Of a DNA stretch of 56,254 nucleotides, positions 29,063 to 39,151 are shown one piece after another. The stretch spans positions 427,114 through 483,367 of the forward strand of contig LCLP01000001.1 of the NCBI GenBank assembly GCA_001002135.1, read 5' to 3'. Position numbers and translations under genes: made by a program. This DNA comes from Candidatus Pacebacteria bacterium GW2011_GWA1_46_10 (GTDB lineage Bacteria; Patescibacteriota; Microgenomatia; UBA1400; PJMF01). Positions within the stretch are counted from its first letter, which is position 1, and each line of letters begins with the position of its first letter. A model generated the notes under the pieces. The model was not told the DNA's origin and did no database searches. It saw only the letters and a list, made by a program, of their open reading frames with translations.

Positions 29063-30067
29063 ATGATTGAGCCAATCGCCATCCAACCAGCTACCGTCGA
29101 AGAAGAGATTCTTTTTACCTCTCTGCGCGCCCAAGATTGGAACGAGTTTCTTGGCCAAGAAACAGTTAAAAAAGCCTTTCAGATCGCCATTGAGGCCGCC
29201 AAACAGCGTAAAGAAACCATGGATCACGCGCTGCTGTACGGTCCGCCAGGCTTGGGAAAAACCACCCTGTCTCATATCATTGCTAAGGAACTGGGTGTCA
29301 ACATTCGCGTTACTTCTGGTACGGCGCTCACCAAAACTGGTGACTTAGCCGCGATCTTAACCAACCTAGAAAACGGCGACGTGCTGTTTATCGACGAAAT
29401 ACACCGGCTTTCCAAAGCAGTGGAGGAAACACTCTACCCAGCGATGGAGGACTACGCGCTGGATATTGTCATTGGCAAAGGTCCCTCAGCCCGCACCGTG
29501 CGGCTGGATCTCCCCAAGTTTACGCTTGTTGGGGCCACCACTCGCTTTGGCTTGCTCTCCGGGCCATTTAGAGATCGTTTTGGTTTAGTACAACGTCTCG
29601 AGTTTTATCCGCCAGAAGGTTTAAAAACCATTATTCACAACGCCGCTAAGAAACTGAAAGCCAGGTTACCAGATAAAGCAGCGTTCGCTATTGCCCAACG
29701 CTCCCGTGGTACACCTAGGGTGGCACTGAAACTTTTTAAGCGGGTGCGTGATTATGCCCAGGTCAAAAACGGCGGCGGTATTACGCCACAAACCGTGGAG
29801 GATGCGCTTTCGATGTTTGCCATCGATCAACTGGGTTTAGATCACAATGACCGCAAGTTTCTCATTGAACTCATTAATAAACACGGCGGCGGTCCAGTAG
29901 GACTGGGTACTATCGCCGCGACCCTACATGAAGATCCCGGCACGATTGAAGAGGTGATCGAACCGTACCTCATTCAAGTTGGCTTACTGAAACGAACCAC
30001 CAAAGGTCGGGTAATTAGCAAACTGGCATATAAACACTTAGGATTAGAATATCCTGAGAAAAAATAA
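29063..30067 (+). CDS. ruvB: Holliday junction DNA helicase RuvB
   Basis: [38 protein letters not shown]. Confidence 0.98.
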   Translation: MIEPIAIQPATVEEEILFTSLRAQDWNEFLGQETVKKAFQIAIEAAKQRKETMDHALLYGPPGLGKTTLSHIIAKELGVNIRVTSGTALTKTGDLAAILTNLENGDVLFIDEIHRLSKAVEETLYPAMEDYALDIVIGKGPSARTVRLDLPKFTLVGATTRFGLLSGPFRDRFGLVQRLEFYPPEGLKTIIHNAAKKLKARLPDKAAFAIAQRSRGTPRVALKLFKRVRDYAQVKNGGGITPQTVEDALSMFAIDQLGLDHNDRKFLIELINKHGGGPVGLGTIAATLHEDPGTIEEVIEPYLIQVGLLKRTTKGRVISKLAYKHLGLEYPEKK

Positions 30068-30068
30068 T

Positions 30069-30785
30069 ATGTCAGCACCCGGCATTTCTGTTTTTTTTCC
30101 TTGTTATAACGATGCCAAAACCATTGGTAAATTAGTTGCCGATGTTACCCAAGTGCTCGAACAACTTACCGAAAACTTCGAAGTGATTGTGGTGAATGAC
30201 GGCTCAACTGATGGCAGCGCCCAATTACTCACCAAGCTCAAACAAAAAAACAATAAACTCAAAGTAATCACCCACCGAAAAAACCGGGGCTACGGTGGCG
30301 CGTTGATTAGTGGTTTTAAAACAGCCACAAAAAAACTGGTTTTCTATACCGATGGCGACGGTCAATACGACGTCAAAGAATTGCCGATTTTACTCAAACT
30401 GATGACGCGTGATGTTGACTTTGTGAACGGGATTAAAATGACTCGCCACGATGCGACGTATCGCATCATTGTTGGTAATTTATACAGCTTAGTTATCCGC
30501 TGGGGATTTTGGTTGCCGATCGTTGATGTCGATTGCGACTTTAGACTTATTCGCCGCTCCATCATTAAAAAAACTAAACTGACCAATACGAGCGGCTCTA
30601 TTTGTGTAGAGTTAGTCAAAAAAGCCCAGCGCGCTGGGGCAAGATTCAGGCAGGTTTCTGTTCACCACTTTGATCGTCGTTGGGGAGAATCACAATTTTT
30701 TGTACCTCGCCGGATCCTCAAAACTTTTTGGGACCTAGGTTCGTTGTGGTTACAATTAATGATCATTGATCCGCTTAAAAAATAA
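30069..30785 (+). CDS. GT2 polyprenol-phosphate (DPM-synthase-like) glycosyltransferase
   Basis: FFPCYND, VNDGSTD, NRGYGGA, TDGDGQYD, DVDCDFRL. Confidence 0.9.
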   Translation: MSAPGISVFFPCYNDAKTIGKLVADVTQVLEQLTENFEVIVVNDGSTDGSAQLLTKLKQKNNKLKVITHRKNRGYGGALISGFKTATKKLVFYTDGDGQYDVKELPILLKLMTRDVDFVNGIKMTRHDATYRIIVGNLYSLVIRWGFWLPIVDVDCDFRLIRRSIIKKTKLTNTSGSICVELVKKAQRAGARFRQVSVHHFDRRWGESQFFVPRRILKTFWDLGSLWLQLMIIDPLKK

Positions 30786-30794
30786 TTTTTGCTC

Positions 30795-31529
30795 ATGGAA
30801 ATTGCCGAGTACCAAAACATTTACTTGAATGAAGGCGACCAATTTTTTTACGTCTCAACTCACACTTTGGTTTTATCACTGACTAAACACTTTCAACCAA
30901 GAAAAAAGAAATTGCGTATCCTTGATGCTGGTTGCGGTACTGGTTTGCTCACCAAAAAAATGCAGCGCTTTGGCAAGGTGGTCGGTATTGATATGAGTCC
31001 AGAAGCATTGCGTTTTGCAAAAAAGCGCAAAGTCCAAGTGACTCAAGCCTCGATTGAAAAAGTGCCATTCAAAAATCAGTCCTTTGATGTGGTAGTTTGT
31101 ATTGACGTGCTTACCCATGCTTCAATTAAAAACGATCTTATCGCCCTAAAAGAATTTTACCGAGTGCTCAAACCAAATGGCATTTTGATTCTGCGAGTGG
31201 CGGCCCACCCTTGGCTTAAACTCATTCATGATAAACACGTGCACGTAAACCACCGATACAAAAGACAGGAATTAAAAGATCAGCTCACCAAAACTGGTTT
31301 TAAAATCGAAAAACTTTCTTTTATTCACTCTCTTTTGTTCCCATTAATAATCGTCAAACATACTTGGGAAAACGTCACTAAGCCAAAAGAAATCAAATCA
31401 GCCGTGGTGAGAATCAACCCTGTTATCAACTCGCTTTTAACTCAACTTCTCCTCATTGAAGCAAAACTCTTCCTCAAAATAAGCCTTCCTTTTGGCTTAG
31501 GGCTTGTATCGGTGGGAAGAAAAACCTAA
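30795..31529 (+). CDS. Class I SAM-dependent methyltransferase
   Basis: ILDAGCGTG, FDVVVCIDVLTH, RVLKPNG, HDKHVH..HRY. Confidence 0.9.
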   Translation: MEIAEYQNIYLNEGDQFFYVSTHTLVLSLTKHFQPRKKKLRILDAGCGTGLLTKKMQRFGKVVGIDMSPEALRFAKKRKVQVTQASIEKVPFKNQSFDVVVCIDVLTHASIKNDLIALKEFYRVLKPNGILILRVAAHPWLKLIHDKHVHVNHRYKRQELKDQLTKTGFKIEKLSFIHSLLFPLIIVKHTWENVTKPKEIKSAVVRINPVINSLLTQLLLIEAKLFLKISLPFGLGLVSVGRKT

Positions 31530-31542
31530 AATCTCACCTTGT

Positions 31543-33228
31543 ATGAAGTTTAAAAAGTTGAACTTTGTTTTGGTTCTTCAGTGGTTTATCGTTATCGTCT
31601 CAGCTTTTTATAACTTTAATCTTTTTGCCGGCTCCAAACTGTGGGGGAATGCCGCTTCTCGAGTTCTACTGGCCGTTGGACCACAACTTGGTATCGGCAG
31701 TCCTTATAAAGATTTGTACGAACTTGTTCCGCCAGGATACCTAGTCTTCATTGCCAGTTGGGTGCGCCTTTTTGGTCTGAGCATGATCTCAATGAGATTA
31801 ATTCAGGTGCTCTTAGTGGTTTTAAACGGCTTTTTCTTGATAAAAGTGGGAGAGAAACTGTTCAAAAATCGTTGGCTGCAACTCTTTGTTTTTTTCTCCA
31901 TTATCATGACTGTTCACTCTCGAATTATTCAAACGGATTACTTTTCCATTGATTTTTTTGCGACCACACTGGTGCTAGGAGGACTGGCAACCCTGCTAAA
32001 CATCAAAAATAGATTCATAAAAATTCCGCTCGCCGCGACTCTTTTTGTCTTAGCTAGTCAAATTAAAGACATTTATATCTTCAGTTTAATTTCACTTTTC
32101 CCATATTACTGGCAAGCCTTGCAAAAGCCTCAAAAAAAACAAACTTTCAAACTGATCGTACTTTCACTGATTGGACCACTGGTTATTGCCATCGTCGAGT
32201 TAATCTACCTTTCCGCCGTTGATTCACTGCCAGCGTATCTTGATATTCTGATCAACGATAAAATTGGCTTTGGTCGAAACTTTTCTCTCAAAGCGATCAT
32301 TCGCGCTTATTTCACGATGCTGATGGAAGTTGAAGAAACCTTCTTGACAACCAATTATGTCATTTTTGGTTTAATCATCACCAACCTCACTCTTGTCTTT
32401 AAACTCTTTGAAAAACCACTAGCCAAAGCCAAACCCTATCAATGGCGTTCCCCGTACTTAAAAAAACAAACTCTGAAACTTTTAAAAAAACAACTGCGGG
32501 AATATGGCAAAACGGAGTTAGGCAAAACTCTCTTGACGGGCTTGCTGATTATCAGTACCTTTTACGGCCTAGCTCTCTACGGTCTTTACTACGGCACACA
32601 ACTGAGTATGATTATTACCGGCTATTATTTAGTAGTTGGCATACTACTCATTCTCCCGCTTCAGTTTATTGGTGCACTTAAAGTTCGTTGGCAAAAAATT
32701 GGTTTACTTCTCTTACTCTTCGCCATCTTTCTGCCGAAAAAAGCTGTCTTTTACTACCAATTCCGACCAGTTATTCGTTACTACCCGTTTGAAATCGAAA
32801 AAGCCATCATGGTTAGAGTCGACAAGAACGACTGTATTTTGCACGTTCACGGCTGGGAAGTGGCCATTAGTTATATTTACTCACAACGCAGACCATGCTC
32901 GCGGTACTTTTTAGCCAATGAACTTTTTAATATTAAACGGGGAGGAGTTATCGAAACATACCGTCGTGATCTTTTAAATAACCCGCCGGCAGCACTGCTT
33001 TACAATGAGCTTGGTTCTGATTTAGATATTGAAAAGTTTAACAACCAAGTCATTGATTTTCCTCGAATATTAAAACATTGTTACGAACCCGATCCAAACT
33101 TCACTGATTATTTAAAACATTTCTTTGCCAAAATGACGCTTTATTGGCCAAAACCGACCTTGACAAAAGATCAGTTAAAAAATTGTTGGGCAGAAAACTC
33201 AGTGCTGTCTAGCGGTAAAAATCTTTAA
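31543..33228 (+). CDS. GT-C-fold membrane glycosyltransferase (paralog of 17056..18738)
   Basis: PYKDLYELVPPG, QIKD, HGW, QRRPCSRY, NPPAALLY. Confidence 0.72.
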   Translation: MKFKKLNFVLVLQWFIVIVSAFYNFNLFAGSKLWGNAASRVLLAVGPQLGIGSPYKDLYELVPPGYLVFIASWVRLFGLSMISMRLIQVLLVVLNGFFLIKVGEKLFKNRWLQLFVFFSIIMTVHSRIIQTDYFSIDFFATTLVLGGLATLLNIKNRFIKIPLAATLFVLASQIKDIYIFSLISLFPYYWQALQKPQKKQTFKLIVLSLIGPLVIAIVELIYLSAVDSLPAYLDILINDKIGFGRNFSLKAIIRAYFTMLMEVEETFLTTNYVIFGLIITNLTLVFKLFEKPLAKAKPYQWRSPYLKKQTLKLLKKQLREYGKTELGKTLLTGLLIISTFYGLALYGLYYGTQLSMIITGYYLVVGILLILPLQFIGALKVRWQKIGLLLLLFAIFLPKKAVFYYQFRPVIRYYPFEIEKAIMVRVDKNDCILHVHGWEVAISYIYSQRRPCSRYFLANELFNIKRGGVIETYRRDLLNNPPAALLYNELGSDLDIEKFNNQVIDFPRILKHCYEPDPNFTDYLKHFFAKMTLYWPKPTLTKDQLKNCWAENSVLSSGKNL

Positions 33229-34291
33229 TCGCTTTACACACTGTTCGAATGTCAGCCTCCGGTATGTCAGGATAAAAGGGGAGTGAAAGCAGATCGTGGT
33301 TAACACTGCTGGCATTTGGGTAGTCACTATCTTTACCCTGCAAATAGGTAAATGACTCCACTTGATGAATCAGTAGTGGATAGTGAATGCCGGTTTGAAT
33401 CCCGTGTTCTAAGAGATACTGTTGCAGTTTATTCCTCTGACAAGCCTTGATTACAAACAAGTGAAAAGTATGCTCCCATTTTTTGCCTATCAAAGGCAAT
33501 TTAATTTCGCTGACGTCTTTTAAATTATCAATATACACTTTGGCTTTTTTCACTCGCTTAGTAAGATCGATATTAAGCTTTCGCAGTTTTACTCTTAAGA
33601 AAGCAGCCTGCAGTTCATCCAGTCTACTCACTCTCCCTTCCATCTGACTTTCGTAGCGCTTCACTTCACCGTATTGACGCATGGCCCGAATTATATCGGC
33701 CAACGTTTCGTCATTAGTGACTACTATGCCGCCATCACCGAGTGCCCCAAGATTTTTGGTGGGGTAAAAACTAAAACAACTCAACTTTCCGAAACTACCA
33801 ACTTTTTTCCCTTGGTATTGCGTGCCATGAGCTTGTGAACAGTCTTCAATCAAAACCAACCCCTTTTTTTTAGCCAATGCTGAAATCGCCATGAGGTTAG
33901 CAGTCTTCCCAAATAAATGAACCACAATCACTGCCTTTGTTTTTTGAGTTATCTTTTTGGCTAAGTCAGTCACATCGATGTTCAGTGTTTCAGGGTCAAC
34001 ATCAATCAGCTTCAACTTGAAACCTGCCGATTCAACAGCAAAGGCCACTGGGTATACATTGACCGGAATTGCCACCTCATCGGTCGGTTTGAACATAATT
34101 GCGTCGGTCCCCGAAGCAACCCCAACCCCATATTTCACGCCAACATAACTGGCAAACTCCTTTTCAAATGCCGCCACTTCACTCCCTAAAATCAAGTTGC
34201 CTCTTTTTAAAACGAGACTCAAGGCTTGCTTAAAGGCGGTTTGGTGTTGAATGTTTTGGTATTGTAAATCGTTAAAAAGAATTGTCTTCAT
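33209..34291 (-). CDS. DegT/DnrJ/FdtB-like nucleotide-sugar 3-aminotransferase
   Basis: SGTDA, VHLFG, EDCSQAHG, SFYPTKNLGALGDGG, SRLDELQAA, GIHYP; adjacent to fdtA. Confidence 0.9.
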   Translation of the reverse strand: MKTILFNDLQYQNIQHQTAFKQALSLVLKRGNLILGSEVAAFEKEFASYVGVKYGVGVASGTDAIMFKPTDEVAIPVNVYPVAFAVESAGFKLKLIDVDPETLNIDVTDLAKKITQKTKAVIVVHLFGKTANLMAISALAKKKGLVLIEDCSQAHGTQYQGKKVGSFGKLSCFSFYPTKNLGALGDGGIVVTNDETLADIIRAMRQYGEVKRYESQMEGRVSRLDELQAAFLRVKLRKLNIDLTKRVKKAKVYIDNLKDVSEIKLPLIGKKWEHTFHLFVIKACQRNKLQQYLLEHGIQTGIHYPLLIHQVESFTYLQGKDSDYPNASSVNHDLLSLPFYPDIPEADIRTVCKAIKDFYR

Positions 34292-34695
34292 ACCAGCTTC
34301 TTAAACTCACGATAATCTCTAATGTAATCCTTAGGATTATATGGGGCAGAAGCTACTACTAATAAAACCGCATTTCTTGAAAACTGATGCATCTCGTGCC
34401 ACACCATTCTATCAATAAACACCCCCGTTTTTGGATCATCCAATTGCATGGTCTCTCGTTTGTGACCATTGTCGAAAACAATTTTTATTGAACCTTGAAT
34501 GCAAAATAAAACTTGTTGTGTTTTACGGTGAGCGTGAAAACCGCGAGGCAAATCTTTTTTGGCTTTGGTAATGTAGTAAATGCGTCTAATCGGAAAGGGA
34601 ATGTGGCGAGGGGACTCAGCAAAATAGAGAAAACAGTCATCCGTAATTTTAGGAATAATAATAGTTTTGAAAAGACCGTTTTTTTTCTTTGTCAT
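34288..34695 (-). CDS. fdtA: FdtA/QdtA (WxcM-like) sugar 3,4-ketoisomerase, cupin fold
   Basis: IPFPIRRIYY, RGFHAH, WHEM, DYIRDY. Confidence 0.88.
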   Translation of the reverse strand: MTKKKNGLFKTIIIPKITDDCFLYFAESPRHIPFPIRRIYYITKAKKDLPRGFHAHRKTQQVLFCIQGSIKIVFDNGHKRETMQLDDPKTGVFIDRMVWHEMHQFSRNAVLLVVASAPYNPKDYIRDYREFKKLV

Positions 34696-34755
34696 CGAAC
34701 TAATTTCACATCATACCTATAAGCAGATATACTAACACAGTCCTCGCCAACCGAC

Positions 34756-35766
34756 ATGATCATGATCAAACAACAAAATGACATCTCCAGCCTTTATTTC
34801 CAAAAACCCAACCTCCAAAGCCGCGTTGAGCCAATTTTGACGGCAATTATCCAACAGTCTAGCTTTCAAGTCGGCCAACTATTGCAAAAGAGTGCTTGGT
34901 GGACTTCACCATCCATTGGCGCACTACACTACGCTGGTACATATCAAGGCCAACCAGCCATTTTAAAAATTCAAGGTGCTAAACCAAATATCAGCGAGGC
35001 TGAAAATATTAAGGCGTTTGCTCAACATAATCAAAGTCAACTGGTTCGACCACCACATGTGTATTGGAGTACTCCATGGAATGAGGCACTCCAATTTGAG
35101 GCGTTGATTTTTGAAAGTCTAGGGCAAGAAAAGTTAGTTGAGTTACCTGCTACTCAGGAACAGGTGAATGAGTTTTTCACGGTCTATCAAGAGTATCGAC
35201 GTCACTGTCTCAATAAACCTTGGCTGGAAAAACCAACCAACGGTTTAGCCGAGGGCGTGAAACAAGCCTTTGGTCAATGGGGCAAAATACGCCAGGAACT
35301 ATTTCCTACCCACCCATTGATTGAAGCCGGTGATGAAGAGCTGATCCAACAAGCCGTCGATACTTTGGCCAACGAGTACAAAGGTATCGACTGGCAATTT
35401 CAACATGGTCATTTCTCAACCCGTGATATTTTCCCCAAGGGTAGCCAATACATTTTGCTCTCCAACCTTTATTGGTCATGGCGACTGCCGTACTACGACG
35501 CCGTGTTTGGCTTTCACTGGTATCAGTTTGACCTGGCGGCCAAACCAACCACCACGGTCGAACTATTGGATCAGCACCGTCAATGGTGGAAACAAGCCAT
35601 CCATCAAACAATCAACCCATCAACTCCTCAAGAAAAACGGCTGCTCGAACTGGCTTTTTTAGAACGAGCCGCCGCTGGACTCAATCTCGATGCCTTAATC
35701 AGCCCTACCCCGGTTTCACGCTGGCTGATTAATACCTTGCGTCAAGAAATCCAAAGTCTGATGTAA
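34756..35766 (+). CDS. APH/choline-kinase-fold protein with degenerate catalytic motifs
   Basis: AILKIQ (beta3 Lys), E in helix C, QHGHFSTRDI at the HGDxxxxN position, WRLPYYDA at the APH GdpxyDla position. Confidence 0.55.
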   Translation: MIMIKQQNDISSLYFQKPNLQSRVEPILTAIIQQSSFQVGQLLQKSAWWTSPSIGALHYAGTYQGQPAILKIQGAKPNISEAENIKAFAQHNQSQLVRPPHVYWSTPWNEALQFEALIFESLGQEKLVELPATQEQVNEFFTVYQEYRRHCLNKPWLEKPTNGLAEGVKQAFGQWGKIRQELFPTHPLIEAGDEELIQQAVDTLANEYKGIDWQFQHGHFSTRDIFPKGSQYILLSNLYWSWRLPYYDAVFGFHWYQFDLAAKPTTTVELLDQHRQWWKQAIHQTINPSTPQEKRLLELAFLERAAAGLNLDALISPTPVSRWLINTLRQEIQSLM

Positions 35767-35776
35767 GAATGCCGTT

Positions 35777-35805
35777 TTGCTCTCCCGCCTGGCCTAAGGT
35801 ATACT
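35777..35805 (+). promoter_or_regulatory. Sigma70-like promoter (leaderless) for the 35.8-46.7 kb operon
   Basis: TTGCTC-N17-TATACT, 7 nt before ATG 35813. Confidence 0.6.
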
Positions 35806-35812
35806 AAACACC

Positions 35813-36436
35813 ATGCCAATCACTGATAAACACGGCAATGTCTTGACCACCAGCCAAATCTGGGAGAAGGGGATTGGCCGAGTAAAAGCGATTTGGTTGG
35901 AGCTGACCACCGGTTTCTTGTGGTGGTTGGTAGGTTACTTGCCATTTCATTCCTGGCGTAAGTTTTTTTACCGTTGCTGTGGCCTGAAAATCGGCCGTGA
36001 CTCCACCATTCACATGATGGCCCGCCTCTATGATCCGGCCCACATTACAATCGGAGAGGGAACGCTGATTGGTGAAAACGTCACCCTCGATGGCCGCAAG
36101 CAACTGCCAAATTCTCGCGGTGGTCTAACGATCGGCAACCATGTTGATATCGCCTCACAAGTCATGATCTGGACCAGTCAACATGATATTCACAGCGAAG
36201 ACATGCGGCCAATTGAAGAAAAAGTGGTAATTGAAGACTATGTCTTTATCGGCCCGCGAGCCATTATTCTGCCCGGTGTCACGATCGGTAAAGGCGCCGT
36301 AGTGGCGGCTGGCGCTGTTGTCACCAAAGACGTCCCAGCCGGCATGATCGCCGCCGGTATCCCAGCCAAAGAAATTGCTAAACGAGAAGTAAAAGACTTT
36401 CACTACCGACTCGGCCGACCACGGTTATTCCAGTAA
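35813..36436 (+). CDS. Hexapeptide-repeat (LbH) O-acyltransferase
   Basis: [54 protein letters not shown]. Confidence 0.93.
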   Translation: MPITDKHGNVLTTSQIWEKGIGRVKAIWLELTTGFLWWLVGYLPFHSWRKFFYRCCGLKIGRDSTIHMMARLYDPAHITIGEGTLIGENVTLDGRKQLPNSRGGLTIGNHVDIASQVMIWTSQHDIHSEDMRPIEEKVVIEDYVFIGPRAIILPGVTIGKGAVVAAGAVVTKDVPAGMIAAGIPAKEIAKREVKDFHYRLGRPRLFQ

Positions 36437-36443
36437 GTTTGCT

Positions 36444-37457
36444 ATGTCAAAAACCTCCCCCCCCTTCATGATCCTCTCGATCATCATCGTCTCTTACAAC
36501 ACCAAAGACATTACGCTACAAACCCTGCGCTCAGCCGTAGCTGATCTGAGGCAATCAAAACTTTTGCCTAAAACAGAGTTTTTTGTGGTCGACAACAACT
36601 CTCAAGACGGCTCAGTCACCGCAGTCAAACAGTATCTACAAAAAGCCAAAGTTCACCACACCGTGATTGCCAATAAAGACAACCGCGGGTTTGGCGCCGC
36701 CAATAACCAAGGCATTAAAAAATCCCGCGGTAAGTACCTCATTTTACTCAACTCTGACACTATTACTCAGCCCGGTGCTTTCAAGACTTTGGTTGAGACT
36801 TTTGAGAAGCGGCCGATTGATGAGCACACTGCGCATCTCAGTTCTTATCACCGCCAAAAAACCGATCGGCTGGGTATCATCGCGCCAATACTCTTGAACA
36901 CTGACCTCAGTCTCCAAGCGCAAGGCGGCAATTTCCCAAGCCTACTGGCTCTGACTGTCCACCTGCTGTTTCTCGATGACTTGCCGGTTATCGGCCCACT
37001 GCTGCCCTCCACTCAACACACTGGCCGCAATGTCAAGCTACACCTCACCGAGACGAAGCTTACTCCCATTGATTGGCTAGGAGGAACGGCGATGATGATT
37101 CGCCGCGAGGTGATCGATGAAATTGGGCTGTTTGACGAAAACATCTTCATGTACGGCGAAGACATCGAATACTGTTTTCGCGCTCGCAATCACCATTGGG
37201 ATATCGCCATTCAACCTAAAGCCAAGATTGTGCACTTGGCTAATGCCAGCGCTGGGTCGGAAAACGCACTGACTGGTGAGATAAAGGGGTATGTGTACCT
37301 TTGGTCTAAATTCAAACCGTTTTGGCAGCGACCGGTCGCCAAAATGATTTTGTGGTTAGGATCGTTTTTGCGAATGATTCTTTTTGCCACTGTTGCCTAT
37401 AATCCTAGAAAGGCTGGTATTTATTCACGCATTTTGTGGAAAATTCCTGGATTCTAA
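36444..37457 (+). CDS. GT2 glycosyltransferase (WbbL-like)
   Basis: IIIVSYN, VDNNSQD, NRGFGAANN, LNSD, FMYGEDIEYC. Confidence 0.92.
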   Translation: MSKTSPPFMILSIIIVSYNTKDITLQTLRSAVADLRQSKLLPKTEFFVVDNNSQDGSVTAVKQYLQKAKVHHTVIANKDNRGFGAANNQGIKKSRGKYLILLNSDTITQPGAFKTLVETFEKRPIDEHTAHLSSYHRQKTDRLGIIAPILLNTDLSLQAQGGNFPSLLALTVHLLFLDDLPVIGPLLPSTQHTGRNVKLHLTETKLTPIDWLGGTAMMIRREVIDEIGLFDENIFMYGEDIEYCFRARNHHWDIAIQPKAKIVHLANASAGSENALTGEIKGYVYLWSKFKPFWQRPVAKMILWLGSFLRMILFATVAYNPRKAGIYSRILWKIPGF

Positions 37458-37458
37458 A

Positions 37459-39144
37459 ATGGCCAAAAAACAAAACTCATCTTCACCCACGCGGTTCAAA
37501 AAAATTTGGGCTTGGCTGGACAATCACATCTTGTTTGTCTTGAGTGCCTTTCTGCTGGCCTTTATTCCGCTCTATCCCAAGTTACCGTTATTTGACATCT
37601 TGCCCGGGTACATCGTGCGCGTGCGCTTTGAAGACATCATTATCGCTTTCTCCGGTTTTGTCTGGCTTGTTCAACTATGGCGAAAAAAAATTACTTGGCA
37701 ATCACCGCTCTTGAGGATGATTGGAATTTATACAGCAATCGGGTTTTTCTCGATTGTCTCAGCCATATTTATCACCCACACTGTGCCGCTGGAACTACTG
37801 CATCTAGGAAAGTCCGCTCTTCACCTGCTCCGCTACATTGAATATTTCTTTCTCTTTGTGATGATGTACTCCGCGCTGAAAACTGCTAAACAAGCCAAGG
37901 TCATACTTATGACTGTAGTGCTCAGCGTGTTGGCAATCTCAATCTATGGGGTTGGCCAAAAATACTGGTATTGGCCAGTGTATTCCACCATGAATCGCGA
38001 GTTTAGTAAGGGGATGCGATTATATTTGACTGAGCATGCCCGAGTGCAATCAACCTTTGGCGGCCACTACGATCTGGGGGCTTACTTGGTGATTATTTTA
38101 CCCATTTTGTTAGCGCTCACCTATAAAGCTCAAGTCAAATGGGAAAAACGGCTACTCTTTCTCACTCACACATTCGGCTTGTGGCTGTTGATCGTCAGTG
38201 CTTCACGCGCTCCTTTTGCTGCCTACACCGTCGCCGCTTTACTCGTCATTGTTTTAATTTCTTACAACGAACCAACTTGGAAAAAACGCCTTTTTAGTTT
38301 TCTGAAGCGTTCGATTGGTTTCGTTTTTTTCCTCAGTTTTCTCCTAGTAATTTTTGGGGAAGACATCAATGAGCGCTTTATGCAAGTCGTTGAAAGTCAT
38401 CCTCAATACCCTAAGGTTATGGCTACTTATGACTATTGGAACGCCCGCCGTAAGGATGTGCGAGATGTCGTTTATGATCGACTGGGCATCCGAAAACTTG
38501 CCCCACCGCCAAACTCAGTCGCTTTTGATAACTCCAATGAACTTGAACCGGTCCTCACCCCCACTGACCAACTCCCGACCACGGTGCGACCCAGTGATGT
38601 CTACGAAGATATTCCCGACTTGGTCGAGGTGGAAACAGATCAAGGAGTGGTAGTAGTCGAGAAAGAGCGCACCTGGTCGGCCAATGCCTTAAAATACGGT
38701 CTTTCCGTTGCCATTCGTCTTGATACACTTTGGCCTAATGCCATTAAAGGTTTCGTACGCAATCCTCTCCTGGGAAGTGGCTATGCTACCCTCAATAAAG
38801 AGGCGGTCCATCAATTCACTGACGCAGACAGTACTGATAATAACTACCTGCGAGCATTGGGCGAAACAGGGTTACTTGGTTTTCTGACTTTCTTTGGCAC
38901 GATTTTTTTAGTACTCCGGCTAACTGCTAAACATCTCTTCGACAAAAACCTGCTCAAAGCCACTTTGGCAATTGGTGTTTTTGCTGGTTCAATTGGGCTG
39001 CTTTTGAACGCTCTTTACATCGATGTTTACGCCGCCTCCAAAGTGGCTTTTACTTATTGGGCTGTGGTTGGTGTAACATTGGCAGTTTTTTCACTAAAAT
39101 TGACTGTTCCCAAACGCCAGCAGCCGCAGGCTTTGTTGAAATAA
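37459..39144 (+). CDS. O-antigen ligase/Wzy_C family protein
   Basis: RVQSTFGGHYDLG, SASR, NPLLGSGY, DNNYLRALGETGLLG; multi-TM. Confidence 0.85.
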   Translation: MAKKQNSSSPTRFKKIWAWLDNHILFVLSAFLLAFIPLYPKLPLFDILPGYIVRVRFEDIIIAFSGFVWLVQLWRKKITWQSPLLRMIGIYTAIGFFSIVSAIFITHTVPLELLHLGKSALHLLRYIEYFFLFVMMYSALKTAKQAKVILMTVVLSVLAISIYGVGQKYWYWPVYSTMNREFSKGMRLYLTEHARVQSTFGGHYDLGAYLVIILPILLALTYKAQVKWEKRLLFLTHTFGLWLLIVSASRAPFAAYTVAALLVIVLISYNEPTWKKRLFSFLKRSIGFVFFLSFLLVIFGEDINERFMQVVESHPQYPKVMATYDYWNARRKDVRDVVYDRLGIRKLAPPPNSVAFDNSNELEPVLTPTDQLPTTVRPSDVYEDIPDLVEVETDQGVVVVEKERTWSANALKYGLSVAIRLDTLWPNAIKGFVRNPLLGSGYATLNKEAVHQFTDADSTDNNYLRALGETGLLGFLTFFGTIFLVLRLTAKHLFDKNLLKATLAIGVFAGSIGLLLNALYIDVYAASKVAFTYWAVVGVTLAVFSLKLTVPKRQQPQALLK

Positions 39145-39151
39145 AGGAACC

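Noticed and set aside
855-31529. Methyltransferases as DNA methylases or restriction-modification/defence genes
   Set aside because: They lack DPPY/NPPY or PC motifs and resemble small-molecule or sugar class I methyltransferases in a glycan context.
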